From Felis catus (lineage: Eukaryota): a stretch of 64,000 bases of DNA. The stretch is taken from the NCBI RefSeq assembly GCF_018350175.1, contig NC_058368.1, positions 209,934,001 through 209,998,000 on the forward strand, read 5' to 3'. The notes under the pieces were generated by a model, which did not search any database, was not told where the DNA came from, and was given only the letters and a program-made list of their open reading frames with translations. Position numbers and translations under genes: made by a program. Below, in pieces: positions 48,855-61,499 of this stretch (the stretch's first letter is position 1; each line of letters opens with the position of its first letter).

Positions 48855-49048
48855 GGGGCGCCTGGGTGGCTCAGTCGGGAGGGCCTCATGACTTTAGTCA
48901 TGATCTCACAGTTCATGGGTTCGAGCCCCGCATCAGGCTCTGTGCTGACAGCTCAGAACCTGGAGCCTGCTGCAGATTCCGTGGCTCCCTCTCTCTGTGT
49001 TCCTCCCCTTCCTGTGCTGTCTCTCAAAAAAAAAAAAAAAAAAAAAAA
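48855..49048 (+). mobile_element. CAN-SINE at the RPS6 retrocopy 5' junction
   Basis: TSD AAAAGAGC(TG/CA)TGTTG; long poly(A). Confidence 0.92.
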
Positions 49049-49149
49049 GAGCCATGTTGAGTGAACTTTATTAGTCTGTAACTTTCAAAGAATTGGTCCA
49101 TTTTAAAGTTGTTAAATTTAAATTTATTGGCATAAAATTTCTTGCTCAT

Positions 49150-49340
49150 TTATTTTTTTTAAGTTTATTTATTTATTTTGAAAGAAAGCACAGGTAGGGA
49201 GGAGAAGAGAGAGAAGGAGAGAGAGCGAATCCCAAGCAGGCTCTGCACTGAAAGTGCAGAACCTGATGCAGGGCTTATACTCATGAACCTTGAGATCATG
49301 ACCTGAGTCGAAGTCAGACACTTAACTGACTGAGTCATGT
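49150..49340 (-). mobile_element. CAN-SINE
   Basis: TSD TGGCATAA(A/T)ATTT. Confidence 0.9.
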
Positions 49341-49744
49341 GGACCTGGCATAATATTTGTAGAATTTAAAGTACATTCACCTCTGTCATTTCTAATATTA
49401 TTAGTTTTTGTTTTCTCTTTTTTTTTTCTTGATAATTCTATTTGGAGGTTCTTCAGTGTTATTGATATTCTCAAGCAGCTTTTGGTTTCATTGATTTTCC
49501 TGACTGTTATTCTGTCTTCTGTTCATTGATTTTTGCTCTGATATTTATTCCTTCCTTCCTTCTACTTTACTTTAATTCCTTGGTTTAATTTGCTTTTCTT
49601 TTTTTAAATTTCTTTAAGTGGAAGCTGAAGCCATTGATTTGAGAACTTTTTTCTTTCTAATATAGATAGTTACTACTATACATTTATCTCTAAGTACTGC
49701 TTTAGCTGCATCCCATATGTTTTGATGTTATTTTTCTTCTTTTT

Positions 49745-49961
49745 AATTAAAATTTTTTTAATGTTTATTTATTTTTGAGAGAATGAGAGACAGAGCATGA
49801 GTGGGGGAGGGGTAGAGAGAGAGGGAGACACAGAATCCAAAGCAGGCTCCAGGCTCTGAGCTGTCAGCACAGAGCCTGATGTGGGGCTTGAACCCACAGA
49901 CTGGGAGATCATGACCTGAGCCAAAGTCAGACACTTAACTGACTGAGCCACCCAGGCTCCC
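49745..49961 (-). mobile_element. CAN-SINE
   Basis: TSD TTCTTTTTAATT. Confidence 0.92.
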
Positions 49962-50174
49962 TATTCTTTTTAATTTTTGAATACTTCCTAATTTCTCTTT
50001 GGTTTCTTTTTTGGCTCATAAGTTTAGAAGTTTATTACTTCTACACTTTAAATATATACAATTTTGTGTCAATTAAATAAAACTGTCAAAAATGTGTATT
50101 ACTTAGTTTCCAAATATTTGGGAGTTTTCCAGATCTTGCTATTATTCGTTTCTAATTTAATTCCACTGTGGTCA

Positions 50175-50969
50175 CATGAAAAGATGCTCAACGTTGCTCC
50201 TCATCAGGGAAATACAAATCAAAACCACACTCAGATATCACCTCACACCAGTCAGAGTGGCCAAAATGAACAAATCAGGAGACCATAGATACTGGAGAGG
50301 ATGTGGAGAAACGAGAACCCTCTTGCACTGTTGGTGGGAATGCAAATTGGTGCAGCCACTCTGGAAAACAGTGTGGAGGTTCCTCAAAAAATTAAAAATA
50401 GACCTACCCTATGACCCAGCAGTAGCACTGCTAGGAATTTACCCAAGGGATACAGGAGTACTGATGCATAGGGCCACTTGTACCCCAATGTTTATAGCAG
50501 CACTCTCAACAATAGCCAAATTATGGAAAGAGCCTAAATGGCCATCAACTGATGAATGGATAAAGAAATTGTGGTTTATATACACAATGGAGTACTACGT
50601 GGCAATGAGAAAGAACGAAATATGGCCCTTTGTAGCAACGTGGATGGAACTGGAGAGTGTGATGCTAAGTGAAATAAGCCATACAGAGAAAGACAGATAC
50701 CATATGGTTTCACTCTTATGTGGATCCTGAGAAACTTAACAGAAACCCATAGGGGAGGGGAAGGGGGAAAAAAAAAAAAAAAGAGGTTAGAGTGGGAGAG
50801 AGCCAAAGCATAAGAGAATTTTAAAAACTGAGAACAAACTGAGGGTTGATGGGGGTGGGAGGGAGGGAAGGGTAGGTGATGGGTATTGAGGAGGGCACCT
50901 TTTGGGATGAGCACTGGGTGTTGTATGGAAACCAATTTGACAATAAATTTCATATATTGAAAAAAATAA
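50175..50969 (+). mobile_element. Young 5'-truncated feline L1 (ORF2 C-terminus plus 3' UTR)
   Basis: Open frame 50176-50730 with [13 protein letters not shown]; poly(A); perfect 16-bp TSD AATTCCACTGTGGTCA. Confidence 0.96.
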
Positions 50970-51473
50970 TAATTCCACTGTGGTCAGAAAAATACTTTGT
51001 ATGACATGAATCCTCTTAAATTGACACAGATTTGTTTTGTTCAGAATATGGTCTGTGTTCTGCATGCAATTGAAAAGAATGTGTAGTCTGTTGTATGGAA
51101 TGTTCTAGAAATGTCAATTAGGTCAAGATGATAGTGTTATTCAAGATGTCTGTATCTTACCTGATTTTCTGTCTACTTTTCCTATCAATTATTGAGAGAT
51201 AGATATTGAAATCTGCAATTATAATTATAGATTTGGAAAATTTGTTCTAAAGTTCCATCAATTTTTTGTTTCATGCATTTTGAAGCTCTGTTATTGGATA
51301 CATTCATTTTTGGAATTGTTATGTCTTCTAGAAGAATTGACAGACTCCTTTACCATTATGTAATGAGCTTCTCTAACCCTGGCAATATTCTTTACTCTAA
51401 AAACTGTCTGATATTAAAATAGTCACACTATCTTTGTTTTGATTAGTGTTAACATCGTACATCTTTTCCCATC

Positions 51474-51960
51474 TATATTAGTTTCCTATTGCTGCTATAA
51501 CAAGTTACTACAAACTTAGTGGCTTTAAACAACACAAATTTGTTATGTTATAGTTCTGGAGGTCAGAAGTCCAAAATCAGGTTTGTTGGGCTAAAGTCAA
51601 GGTATCATCAGGTTTGGTTCCTTCTGGAAGCTCTGGGGAAGAATCCATTTCCCCGCCTTTTCTACTTTCAGGATGCTTTAACTTAGGGCCCCTTCATCCT
51701 TACAGCCAACAGCATAGCATCATTATATTTCCCTTAATTATCTCTGTTTCCATTGTCACATAGCTTCTCTGGCTCTGACCCTCTTGCCTCTCTCACATAA
51801 AGACTCCCATGATTACAATAGGACCACTTGGATAATTTCCTCATCTCAAGATCCTTATTCACATCAGTGAGATCCCTTTTTCCATGTAAGGTAATGTGAA
51901 CACAGTTTCCAGGGATTAGGATGTGGTTATCTTTGGGGAACCATTATTCAGCCAACCATA
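51474..51960 (-). mobile_element. MaLR LTR (MLT1C/D-like)
   Basis: tattagtttcctattgctgctataacaa...ccattattcagccaaccata; 5-bp TSD CCATC/CCATT. Confidence 0.87.
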
Positions 51961-52171
51961 CCATTCTTTTTCTTTTAACCTATTTGTTTCTTGTATTTAA
52001 AGTAGGTTTATGGTAGGAAGCAGGTTCTTTTTTAAACAAATTCTTTTAATTATAGTGTTTAGGCAATTTATGTTTAATGTAACTATTGATAAAGTTGAGT
52101 TCAAATCTTCCCTTTGCCATGTTTTCTATTTGTCTCATCTGTTCCTTGTTCTCTTTCTCTTCTTTTGTGCC

Positions 52172-52503
52172 TTTAGTCTGCTATAACAAAATGTCACAGA
52201 CTGGGTAGCTTATAAACAATACAAATTGACTTTCAATGATTCTGGAGATTGGAATTCTGAAATAGGGTGCCTGCATGATTGAGTGAAAGCCTTCTTTCCA
52301 GTTGAAGACTTCTTGTATCCTTACCTGGTAGAAGTAGACAGAGATATCTCTAAAGTCTCTTTTCTAAGGGCACCAATCCCATTCATGAAGGCTCTGCCCT
52401 CATGATCTAATCATGTCTCAAAGGTCTTACCTGCCAATACCATCAACTTGGACATTAGGATTTCAACACATGAATTTTGGAGGGATACATTCAGACCATA
52501 GTA
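52172..52503 (-). mobile_element. MaLR LTR (MLT1A-like)
   Basis: gctataacaaaatgtcacagactggg...gaattttggagggatacattcagaccatag; TSD TGCCT/TGCCC. Confidence 0.85.
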
Positions 52504-53199
52504 TGCCCTTCTTGGGATTAAGTATCTTTGATGATTGCATTTTAACTCTGAATTTGGATAATGGCTATAAATCTGTTGTATTTTTTTAGTGGTTGCTTTG
52601 TGGTTTATAGTAAACATCTTTAACTTACCACAATATATCTTCATGTGATATCATACCATTTCAAATACAGTATTAGAACCTGATTCTGGTGTACTTTCAT
52701 TTCTTCCTCCTGATCTTTGCACAATTATTATTTACATTCTACTTTAAATACATTATAAACCTCACAACAGGTTCCCCCCCCCTTAAAGTGAATTATCACT
52801 CAAAGAGGTTTAAATAATAAGGAAAAAATATTTGATTTATATTTACATAGTTACACTTTCTAGTATTCTTGTTTTCATGTGTATATCCAGATTTCTATCT
52901 AGTACAATTTTCTATCTGCCTGAATTACTTTATTTGATATTTCTTATAGTTATGGTCTGCTGGTATTGTCTTCTTTCAGCTTTTATATCTCTGAAAAAAA
53001 TAATTATTTCACACTTTTTTTTTTATTTCACACTTTTTAAAAAGGTATTTTTGCTGGCTATAGAATTCCATTTCTTTACTTTGAATATGTGCCCTAGTCC
53101 CTTCTGACTTGCATTCTTTTCACTAGGAGTCTGATATAATTATCTGATAAATTATCTTTGTTTTTTTGCAATAGGCCATATGATGACATCCCTACATGC

Positions 53200-53403
53200 T
53201 TTTTTTTTAAGACTTTATTTATTTATTTATTTTGAGAGAGAGAGAATGGCATGTGCACACAAATAGGAGGGAGGCAGAGAGAGAGAGGGAGAGAGAGAGA
53301 ATCCCAAGCAGGCTTCAAGCCCAACCTGGGGCTCGATCTCACAACCAGAACCATGAGATTAGGACCTGAGCCAAAATCCAGAGTCTGATGCTTAACCAAC
53401 TGA
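53200..53403 (-). mobile_element. CAN-SINE (5'-truncated)
   Basis: Antisense SINE body with GA tract. Confidence 0.88.
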
Positions 53404-54616
53404 CTTAATCATTTAATCATTTCTTCTTGTTTCTTATACTTGGATTTTGTTGAATTTCTTAGATCTGTGAGTTTATAGTTTTCATTAAATTTCTGACCAT
53501 TATTTCCATTATTATTATTATTATGATTATTTCTTCTTCCTACTTCAGGAGCTCCAATTCCCTATATATCAGGCTGCTTGAAGTTGTCCCAGATCTCACT
53601 GATGCTCTGTTCATCTTTTTCTTCAGTCTTTTCTCTATTTTTCATTGGAATACTTTCTATTATAATATCATTAAGTTTACTAATCTAACAGTATGATCCT
53701 TTTGGGTCTTACTTTTAGATTTTGTTAGGCAGGATCAGAGCAGTTTTTAGTTTAGGGCTAATTTTCCACCATTACTAAGGTCAAACTTTTGGATATATGC
53801 TAGTTGACAACTCTGAATTATGAGGTTTTCTTCTCTGGTTTGTGGAACCAGGAACTTTTTTTTGGCATTGTGTGACCTTTGGTTATTCCTTCTACTCTCA
53901 TTGGATATCCCCTCCCCCCAACTTCAGCCTGCCTCAGGGTCATTTCCTGACATACAAATGTTGCTCAGCACTCTACTGAAGACTTATGAGTCATCTGCAG
54001 ATCTCAAGAGCTCTCTGAGTCCTGTTCTCTCCAGCACTCTCCCATACAGACTCTAGCTATGGGGAGACCAATCTTCTCAGACTCTCAGCTCTGTCTCCTC
54101 ACTCAGAGATGATGCTGGCTCTAGTTAGGTTTTTCCTTTCTCTTCCACATCCTGGAAACTGCTCTAGGCAGTAAGATGGGACACATGTAGATTCATTTCA
54201 TTTGTTTCTCCTCTTTTAGTGTTCATTATCTTTCAATACCTGATGTTTAATGTCTTGAAAACCATTGTGTCATGCATTTTGTCTGGGCTTTTTAGTTGTT
54301 TCAGGTGAGAGAATAATTTAGTCCATGACATTTCATCTCAAATCACAGAAGTTCTGCAACCCTTCACTTAATTTTTTTTTAAAACTATTGTGTTTATTCA
54401 AGTAGGGACTCTACAATTAGATTTTAAGTGTGTATTTCCTTGATTAAGGGCCTTTCAGAGAATCAGGTAGCTAGAACCTGAGAGGTAAAATAAAAGATAT
54501 CATTTCCCAAAATGCAAGTGAAGTGCCTCTGAAATAAAAATGGAAGTCATTTAGAAATTAGAGTACTGTTTATAAGAATTAATGTAGTCATCTACATTTA
54601 TCTACCTATTATATAA

Positions 54617-55098
54617 ATATTGAGAGATAATTATCTGATTCTCATGTTTCTGCATTTCTTTGTTTTGGACTATCTTCTCAAAGATGTTTATATAGCAAAT
54701 AGCTTGGAAGTTAGAGATAGAATCTTGTAGAGCAGAAGACAAGATTGCCTATAAACCTGGTATAAAAAAGATTTCTCCCACTGGAGCCGAGGTCAGACTT
54801 TTTGCTTTGTTTGCTTTTTGGCCATTATAAAGGATTCAGGTTCTGTAAACTCTCCTGTAAAGCAACCCAATGCAAGTGTGGGTGTCACTTTGTCCTCTTT
54901 GCATTGCCTGTGGGAATTTGGGCCTGAAAAACTGGTACAAATATTTTGATGCTTATGCCCTTTGCTGTGCTGTGAGTAATAGTCTTTTGTCTCTGACCCA
55001 GGAATCTCATATCTTCTGCCAGCATCCATGGATCTGTGTAAGGTTAGTTTGTTTGCTTGCAAAGAGGGTAACATACCAGATTCTTTACAGAGTTGACA
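54617..55098 (+). mobile_element. LTR40-like ERVL solo LTR
   Basis: ggactatcttctcaaagatgtt...gcttggaagttagagatag...tgtctctgacccaggaatctc...ttgaca. Confidence 0.8.
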
Positions 55099-55329
55099 GT
55101 GATAAAGAGCATATTTACCTAGGCTGCTGGCAATTTGACTATGTTTCCTTATACCAACAAGAACCAAACTTACAGAAAGTGGCGGAGATGGAGGGACGAG
55201 GACTATATGGGAGGAATCAAGATGAGTGGCAGCTATGGTATGACCATGTTCTGTGGCTTATAAGAAGTAAAGCATCATAAAGAAGTAAAGTAAAACACCA
55301 GGTGGTGTTACTGTATTATACTTATTAAG

Positions 55330-55420
55330 GAATCTGAGGATATTCAGCTTGGAGAAGGGAAGACTAGGCAGAGCAAGATAGCCATAATCAACTATGTGAA
55401 GAATTTTGAAATAAAGAGTA
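55330..55420 (+). mobile_element. L3/CR1 LINE relic
   Basis: ttcagcttggagaagggaagacta encodes FSLEKGRL, resembling the CR1 ORF2 C-terminal FSLEKRRL motif. Confidence 0.55.
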
Positions 55421-55619
55421 GAAGTATGTTTACTTATTAGTGAGACCTAATCCTCTTTCTACTCTTAGGTGGGTGCTGCCCCTATAAGAGATGTAATCCA
55501 CAGTTAGTGGGAAAGGAACTATTGCCAAAGACAAATCATGTGCATATCACCAATAGGCATTCTGTTTAGGATAAGAAAGATAAAAATGTACAAGTTCAAA
55601 GGAAAGAATCCCCAACCTT

Positions 55620-56060
55620 GGGCAAAGGGCCAAGGTGGGGCTTCAAGGGGTTACTCCTGTTGTGCTGTCCTATCCCCTCTGGCCTTACAACTGCAGTGTC
55701 AGACTTCTTACATCCTAAGGCTTTCTTTCCTTAGGTGAGAAGTGCCTGAGGCTTTATTTAATCTCCTACACCCAGAAGTCTTCAACCATGACTGATGAAA
55801 ACTGGTTCATAAATCTTCAGCTCCTTTGCATCTAGCTTCATGCTAGCTTCAAAGCACACGTTCTAACTGATTCTTTGTGTTCCCAAATTTATGCTCCAGT
55901 TATTTCCAGCAGAAATGGACTCTATCATGCACTGTTTATTTGCTGCCTTCTTTTTCCTGTCTCATTTCCCATCTCTTTACTGGAATCACCTCTCCCCCGC
56001 CCCCTCCCCCGAACTCCTTGTACTTGAATCTTTTTATCAGGATCTGTTACCAAACTAAGC
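55620..56060 (+). mobile_element. LTR16-like ERVL solo LTR
   Basis: cataaatcttcagctcc...cttgtacttgaatc...ccaaactaagca terminus. Confidence 0.6.
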
Positions 56061-57039
56061 AGGTAAACGGAAGGGGATATGGACACACTGAAATAATCAC
56101 ATTTGACGAATCATCCCACTAAAATTTGTACATTAGAAAGTTGATAATCCCCTCAGTGAGGCTCTGCAGCTAAACTGTAATGCAGTTATTGGCAAGAGGA
56201 ATGGGTTTTTTAAATGTCCCTTAGGACATGTCCCCTTTGAAGGAGAAAAATGTCCTGAAAACCGTGGTGCAATGCCTGTTCAGGAACATAAAACAGATGT
56301 CTTTAAAACCCTATCAGTGAGGTTGGGAGTCCAGAGGGCTTTGATGGCTCCAGCCTTGTGCTTTATTTGCTTGCAAGATATTTTAGATTTGCCAGAGCTT
56401 CTGGGGTTGCCATAGTATTTGTAAACAAAACTCTGTGGTCAACAGACTCTGGGGTGGTACAACAATGCTAAGGGAAGTTTGGGGAAGGCAGGGTGCTCTT
56501 GCTGGGAAAGAGTCTTGAAAAATGACATCTTGAAAAGGTCATAGAACACAAAGCAATGGAACTGGCTGCCTCCAAGATTGGGATCAGTCACATCGACTCG
56601 GTTCACTCCCTTTCTTTCCTCTTCTGGGTTCTTCTCAGCAGCTGCTTCCATAATGATGGGAAAGAAGTTAAAATCATATGAAGAAATTTCCCAGGTGCCA
56701 TGGAGGGTGTGGCGAGAAAGACCTCTGGGTTTCTGATAATTAATAATCAAATCTCTGCTGAGGAGCTCATAACTGCCTGCTATTCTCTCTTTTTTGAAAG
56801 ATACTGGTTGCACAAACATTTATCACACAATTGCAAAATGCTGAACTCTGCAACAGATAGTGGGGAATATAAAGATGATTAAGATACAGCTCCTGTCCTC
56901 AGGAGGCCCCTGACCAGCAGGGGACACTATAGGGTGATGAACACGATCACAGCAGCACCATTCACAGTGGTCAGCAGAGGAGAGAGTGGGTAACTTGGCG
57001 GTGGGTTGCATCCTCCTTGGAGGGCAGGGTGGGCCAGAG

Positions 57040-57230
57040 ACCATAGTTTTTACTGAGTATTTACTATGTGCCAGGCACCATTCTAAGTATATACATGTAT
57101 TAACTAATACCAAACTGCACAAGTACTTTTATCCCCAGATAAGTGAACTGAGAAGTTAAGTAACATGCTTAAGGTCACACAGCTAAGCCAGAATTCAGTG
57201 CCCCAGACTTTACAGTCTTAACAACTACAC
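57040..57230 (-). mobile_element. MIR relic
   Basis: tactgagtatttactatgtgccaggcac...aaggtcacacagctaag. Confidence 0.8.
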
Positions 57231-57294
57231 GGTGCTGCAAAAAAAACCATTTCCAGGGCTCAGCATAGGAAAAATTGATGTATATTAGTGATCT

Positions 57295-57520
57295 TTTTCT
57301 TTTTAAAGTTTATTTATTTATTTTTAGAGAAAGAGAGAGTGCATGCAGGCAGGGGAGGGGCAGAGAGAGAGAGAGAGGGAGAGAGAGAATCCCAAGCAGG
57401 CTCCATCCACGCTGCCAGCACAGAGCCTGATGCAGGGTTTGATGTCCTAAACCGTGAGATCATGACCTGAGTTGAAATCAAGAGTTGGACACCTAACCAG
57501 CTGAGTCACCCAGGCACCCC
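57295..57520 (-). mobile_element. CAN-SINE
   Basis: Antisense SINE; TSD GTGATCTTT. Confidence 0.92.
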
Positions 57521-57701
57521 AAAGTTTGTGATCTTTAACACATTTTACAGGTGTTCTGGTGGGCTATAAACTAGAGTCCCAGATGTGAGACTAGGATCTA
57601 GGATTTCCCAGGGCATTAGAGTCCCTATCAGCAAAATGACCACAAAGTTCCTATTTCAGGAAACTGCTTCTAGAACCTGTTTAGAAATCCCTCTTCTCCC
57701 A

Positions 57702-57822
57702 GGGCGCCTGGGTGACTTTGTCAGTTGAGCGTCCAGCTCTTGATTTCAGCTTGAGTCATGATCTCAGGGTCATAAGATCAAGCCCCACATCAGGTTCTGC
57801 ACTGGGCATGGAGCCTGTTTGG

Positions 57823-57878
<56 letters not shown>

Positions 57879-57892
57879 AAAAAAAGAAAGAA
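57702..57892 (+). mobile_element. CAN-SINE with pure (CT)n tract
   Basis: Perfect TSD AGAAATCCCTCTTCTCCCA. Confidence 0.93.
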
Positions 57893-58864
57893 AGAAATCC
57901 CTCTTCTCCCAAAGATGGCGACTAGGCTTCAGGCAGGCTGCCAGAGGTTTATGCATTAAAATGCAAACATGACAGGATCCTGAGAGTATAAAGAACAGCT
58001 TTATACTGTTCTTTATACAGTATAGAGAACAGTCCATAAGTCTTCCCAGAGCCAGATCATTGTCATTATCTTGATCAAGATCATTATCTTGAAAACAGAA
58101 ACCCTTAAGAGTTTTAGAGCAGAAGAGTCCCAAACAGGACCTAGTGTGCTAGGGCTGGCCTGAGGCAGAGCCGGAAAGAAGCCATTTTGCAGAAGGAAAA
58201 ATGCCTAGAAAGAATGAACATATACGTAATCCAGAATAAGCTTTGTGATGATGGGGAGATTGGGTGGACCCCAGGCAAGAGGAGCCTCGATAAGAGCAAA
58301 CAGAAATGACTAAGAAAAAATGGGCTTCTAATACCTAGGTGGTGAATACTCTGACTTGGCTGACTTTGGTTTCAGTGAGGAGACCTGGGCCAGAGTGGGA
58401 AAGGACCTTCTCCTTCAGGACCAGGAGGAGCTAGAGGAATGACCTCAGCCTTTGCTATAGGTATAGAACTCAGGTGTGCTGGACAGCAAGACAGTAACCT
58501 GGAGGGTAGGGGCCTTGTGCCTGGCAGGAAGAAGGAAGACAGAGAGAGCCTGGATGGACCTGTTTAAACTCTAGCCAAGCTACTGAGTAACGTGCCACAG
58601 TGTTCAACTGTTCTCAGTGTGAAATTTCCTCATGCTGTGGCAGAGTTCATTTGGGATCTTGAGCTGACTGCATGTGCTAGACTTTGAAGGGCTAGATTCA
58701 GAGAGGAGAGGAAGAGGGGAAAATTGGCCCTGGACATGCTTGTTAATAGAGAATGCCTTCTACCCTCCTTCCTTCCCTACCTTAATTAAGAAAAAAAAAA
58801 AAAAAAAGTAGTAAAATGCACATAGTTTTAAAGGTCACAGAGGTCTATAAGATTAGTTAGGAGA

Positions 58865-59052
58865 GGGGCACCTGGATGGCTCAGTTGATTAAGCATCCAA
58901 CTTCGACTCAGGTCATGATCTCACAGTTTGTGAGTTCGAGCCCCGCGTCGGGCTCTGTGCTGACGGCTAGGAGCCTGGAGCCTGTTTCAGATTCTGTGTC
59001 TCTCTGTGCCCCTCCCCTGCTTGCGCTTTCTCTCAAAAATAAATAAACGTTA
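58865..59052 (+). mobile_element. CAN-SINE
   Basis: Perfect TSD AAGATTAGTTAGGAGA. Confidence 0.93.
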
Positions 59053-59351
59053 AAGATTAGTTAGGAGAAAAGCAACAAATTGTATAACATGACTGTCCTG
59101 GGAGGGACGTTGGGGGTCTGGCTCTAAAATATAGTCTTTAACCAGTCCTGTTTATTTCAGCTACCCTGTCCAGCTCCCCTCCTTCTAGAGGTACCTGCTG
59201 CTAATTTCCAAAACTTTTGAGGATTTCTTGGTGCAAACCAAATTGTTTCTCAGCTTTCTGGTTTAGGGAATACATTCATGTATTTTCTGTCTTTCAAATT
59301 TTTGCTCTTAGTTCCTTCTATCATGGATAACAGGCCTTTTAGATTTATTAA

Positions 59352-59563
59352 TTTTTTTTTCAACGTTTATTTATTTTTGGGACAGAGAGAGACAGAGCAT
59401 GAACGAGGGAGGGGCAGAGAGAGAGGGAGACACAGAATCGGAAACAGGCTCCAGGCTCTGAGCCATCAGCCCAGAGCCCGATGCGGGGCTCAAACTCACA
59501 GACCGCGAGATCCTGACCTGGCTGAAGTCGGACGCTTAACCGACTGCGCCACCCAGGCGCCCC
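59352..59563 (-). mobile_element. Young feline SINE nested at the tail of the next SINE
   Basis: TSD TAGATTTATTAATTTTT. Confidence 0.94.
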
Positions 59564-59574
59564 TAGATTTATTA

Positions 59575-59783
59575 ATTTTTTAATGTATTTTTTTAATGTA
59601 TTTCTGAGAGAGGGAGAGATGGCACGAGCAGGGGAAGGGCAGAGAGAGAGGGAGAAAGAGGATCCGAAGCAGGCTCTGTGCTGACAGTAGACAGCCTGAT
59701 GCGGGGCTCAAAGTCACTAACTGTGAGAGATCATGACCTGAGCTGAAGCCAAAGCTCAACTGACTGAGTTACCCAGGAGCCCC
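59575..59783 (-). mobile_element. CAN-SINE
   Basis: Outer TSD approximately GGC(C/T)TTTTAGATTTAT. Confidence 0.9.
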
Positions 59784-60338
59784 TGGCTTTTTAGATTTAT
59801 GTCTTAAGAAAAAAATAACCCTTTATTGGCATTTTTAAGTGTATTTTGGGAGGAAAGTAGACAGTTGTGTCCCATCTGCAGATTTTGTCAGAAGTAACTT
59901 CGATTTTTTAAATCTTTATTTGGTGACTATGAAAAATCAACTGTATGAGTCACTATGCGTGGGAGTCTCTCTAGTTGGTTAGTCAGTCAGTCAGTCAGTC
60001 TGTCCATCAGTGTCTTATCCCATGCCCAGGGATCCATCGTCTGTGTTATCACAATGCTTTTGGCTGATCTTGGCTTCAAAAGAGATATTAAATCAGATGG
60101 GAGGTGGGAGTGCAGAAATAAGATCACCTCATCATCTTTTAGGAGCAGATGGTAGATGCCTAGGCTCTCTTGTATTTTGAAGCAAGCCTTCCTCACTGAT
60201 TATCTAGATCCATACCTGAAGATTCATATCATCAAAGAGACAAGCCATGGAATCTCCAGGATGTAGAGTAGTGGGGATAAAGCTATCCATTGGATAGATG
60301 CCTCCAGCTGGAGACCCAACAGGAATCTCCCTTCCCCA

Positions 60339-60538
60339 GGGCACCTGAGTGGTTCAGTTTGTTGGGTGTCCAACTCTGGATTTCGGTTTAGGTCATGATC
60401 TCACAGTTTGTGGGATGGAGCCCTGTAGCAGGCTCTGTGCTGACAGAGCCTGCTTAGGATTCTCTCTCTCCCTCTTTCTGCCCCTCCCCTGTTCTCTCTC
60501 TCTGTCTCTTAAAATAGGTAAATAAACTTAAAAAAAAA
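60339..60538 (+). mobile_element. CAN-SINE
   Basis: TSD GAA(T/C)CTCCCTTCCC. Confidence 0.92.
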
Positions 60539-61499
60539 GAACCTCCCTTCCCACATTGATAAACTGACTCTCTGTTATCACTTAGGCAAAGCCAATGAGT
60601 GGTGACAAGAAAGGGGAAGCTTTTGCTTCAATATATTGGAGAGAGTAGAAATTCTCATCTGTGTGCTGACAGGAACTTAGGGAAAGGAAGAAAATGCCTC
60701 TACTCTCACATTTTCCATTACCAATGGCTCCTTGTTTGGGGACACAAATATACTTGAGCGAGGACTACATCATGTGCCCTGAAGGGTCCTAGTCCATAGT
60801 GGACTCTTGGTGGTCAGTCTGCAGGTCCCGCAGGCATAGGATCCAAGACGGTGGTGGGGGAGGGTGCAGAGAGTATAGATGCCAAAGGAAACTTGCCTAG
60901 CTTCCCAGGTGTGTTGACAACTGGCAGGACCTATTAGGTGTCCATAGTACCAGGGCAGGGAAGCTTTTCCTTGGGGCAGTGGCATATGTGATTTGACTCA
61001 CAGCTTAAAGGAGTGGAACCCCAGGAAGCAGCACTTAGAATATAGCTTCTCTGGACACTAGCATTCCTTGGCTTGTCTTAGCCCCTCATGCCATGTGCCC
61101 CACTTTAGAGCTTTCACTGCCAAGACTTGGAACAGCTTAGGATTGTCCCTTCTCAATTAGTCTTTCTCAACAGCCACCAGGAAGTTCAAGCAAGAGTGTT
61201 CATAGGAGCTGGAGTAACACTACCCAGGACTTATCCTCCATTCTCTGAGATCATTCCAGAGATTTGGGACAGCATTTCCCACGGAGTAGCAAGACTGGAG
61301 GAACAACAGAGGGTGCTAGTTAAAAGTGAATATCCCAGGACTCACCCCAGGTTTTCCAAATAGATAATTTCTTGAGTTAGAGGGGACACGCCTAGCCATA
61401 TTCATTTCTTAGAAACAGAGTTCTCAGTTAATTCTTCTATACGCTAAACATTTGGGAAACTTTAGGCTGTTTTCCAACTTGATAAAAATCTCCTATGTT

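Larger units (their letters stand above)
49070..54350 (-). mobile_element. Old L1 (L1MD/ME-like; ORF2 5' part, ORF1 and 5' region) carrying many later insertions
   Basis: Antisense EN/ORF1 motifs continue across the SINE, L1 and MLT insertions (cagcttttggtttcattgatttt; gaaaagaatgtgtagtctgttg; ggagtctgatataatt). Confidence 0.75.

Noticed and set aside
988..60538. tRNA-like A/B boxes
   Set aside because: All belong to tRNA-derived SINE heads; no cloverleaf tRNA gene was seen.
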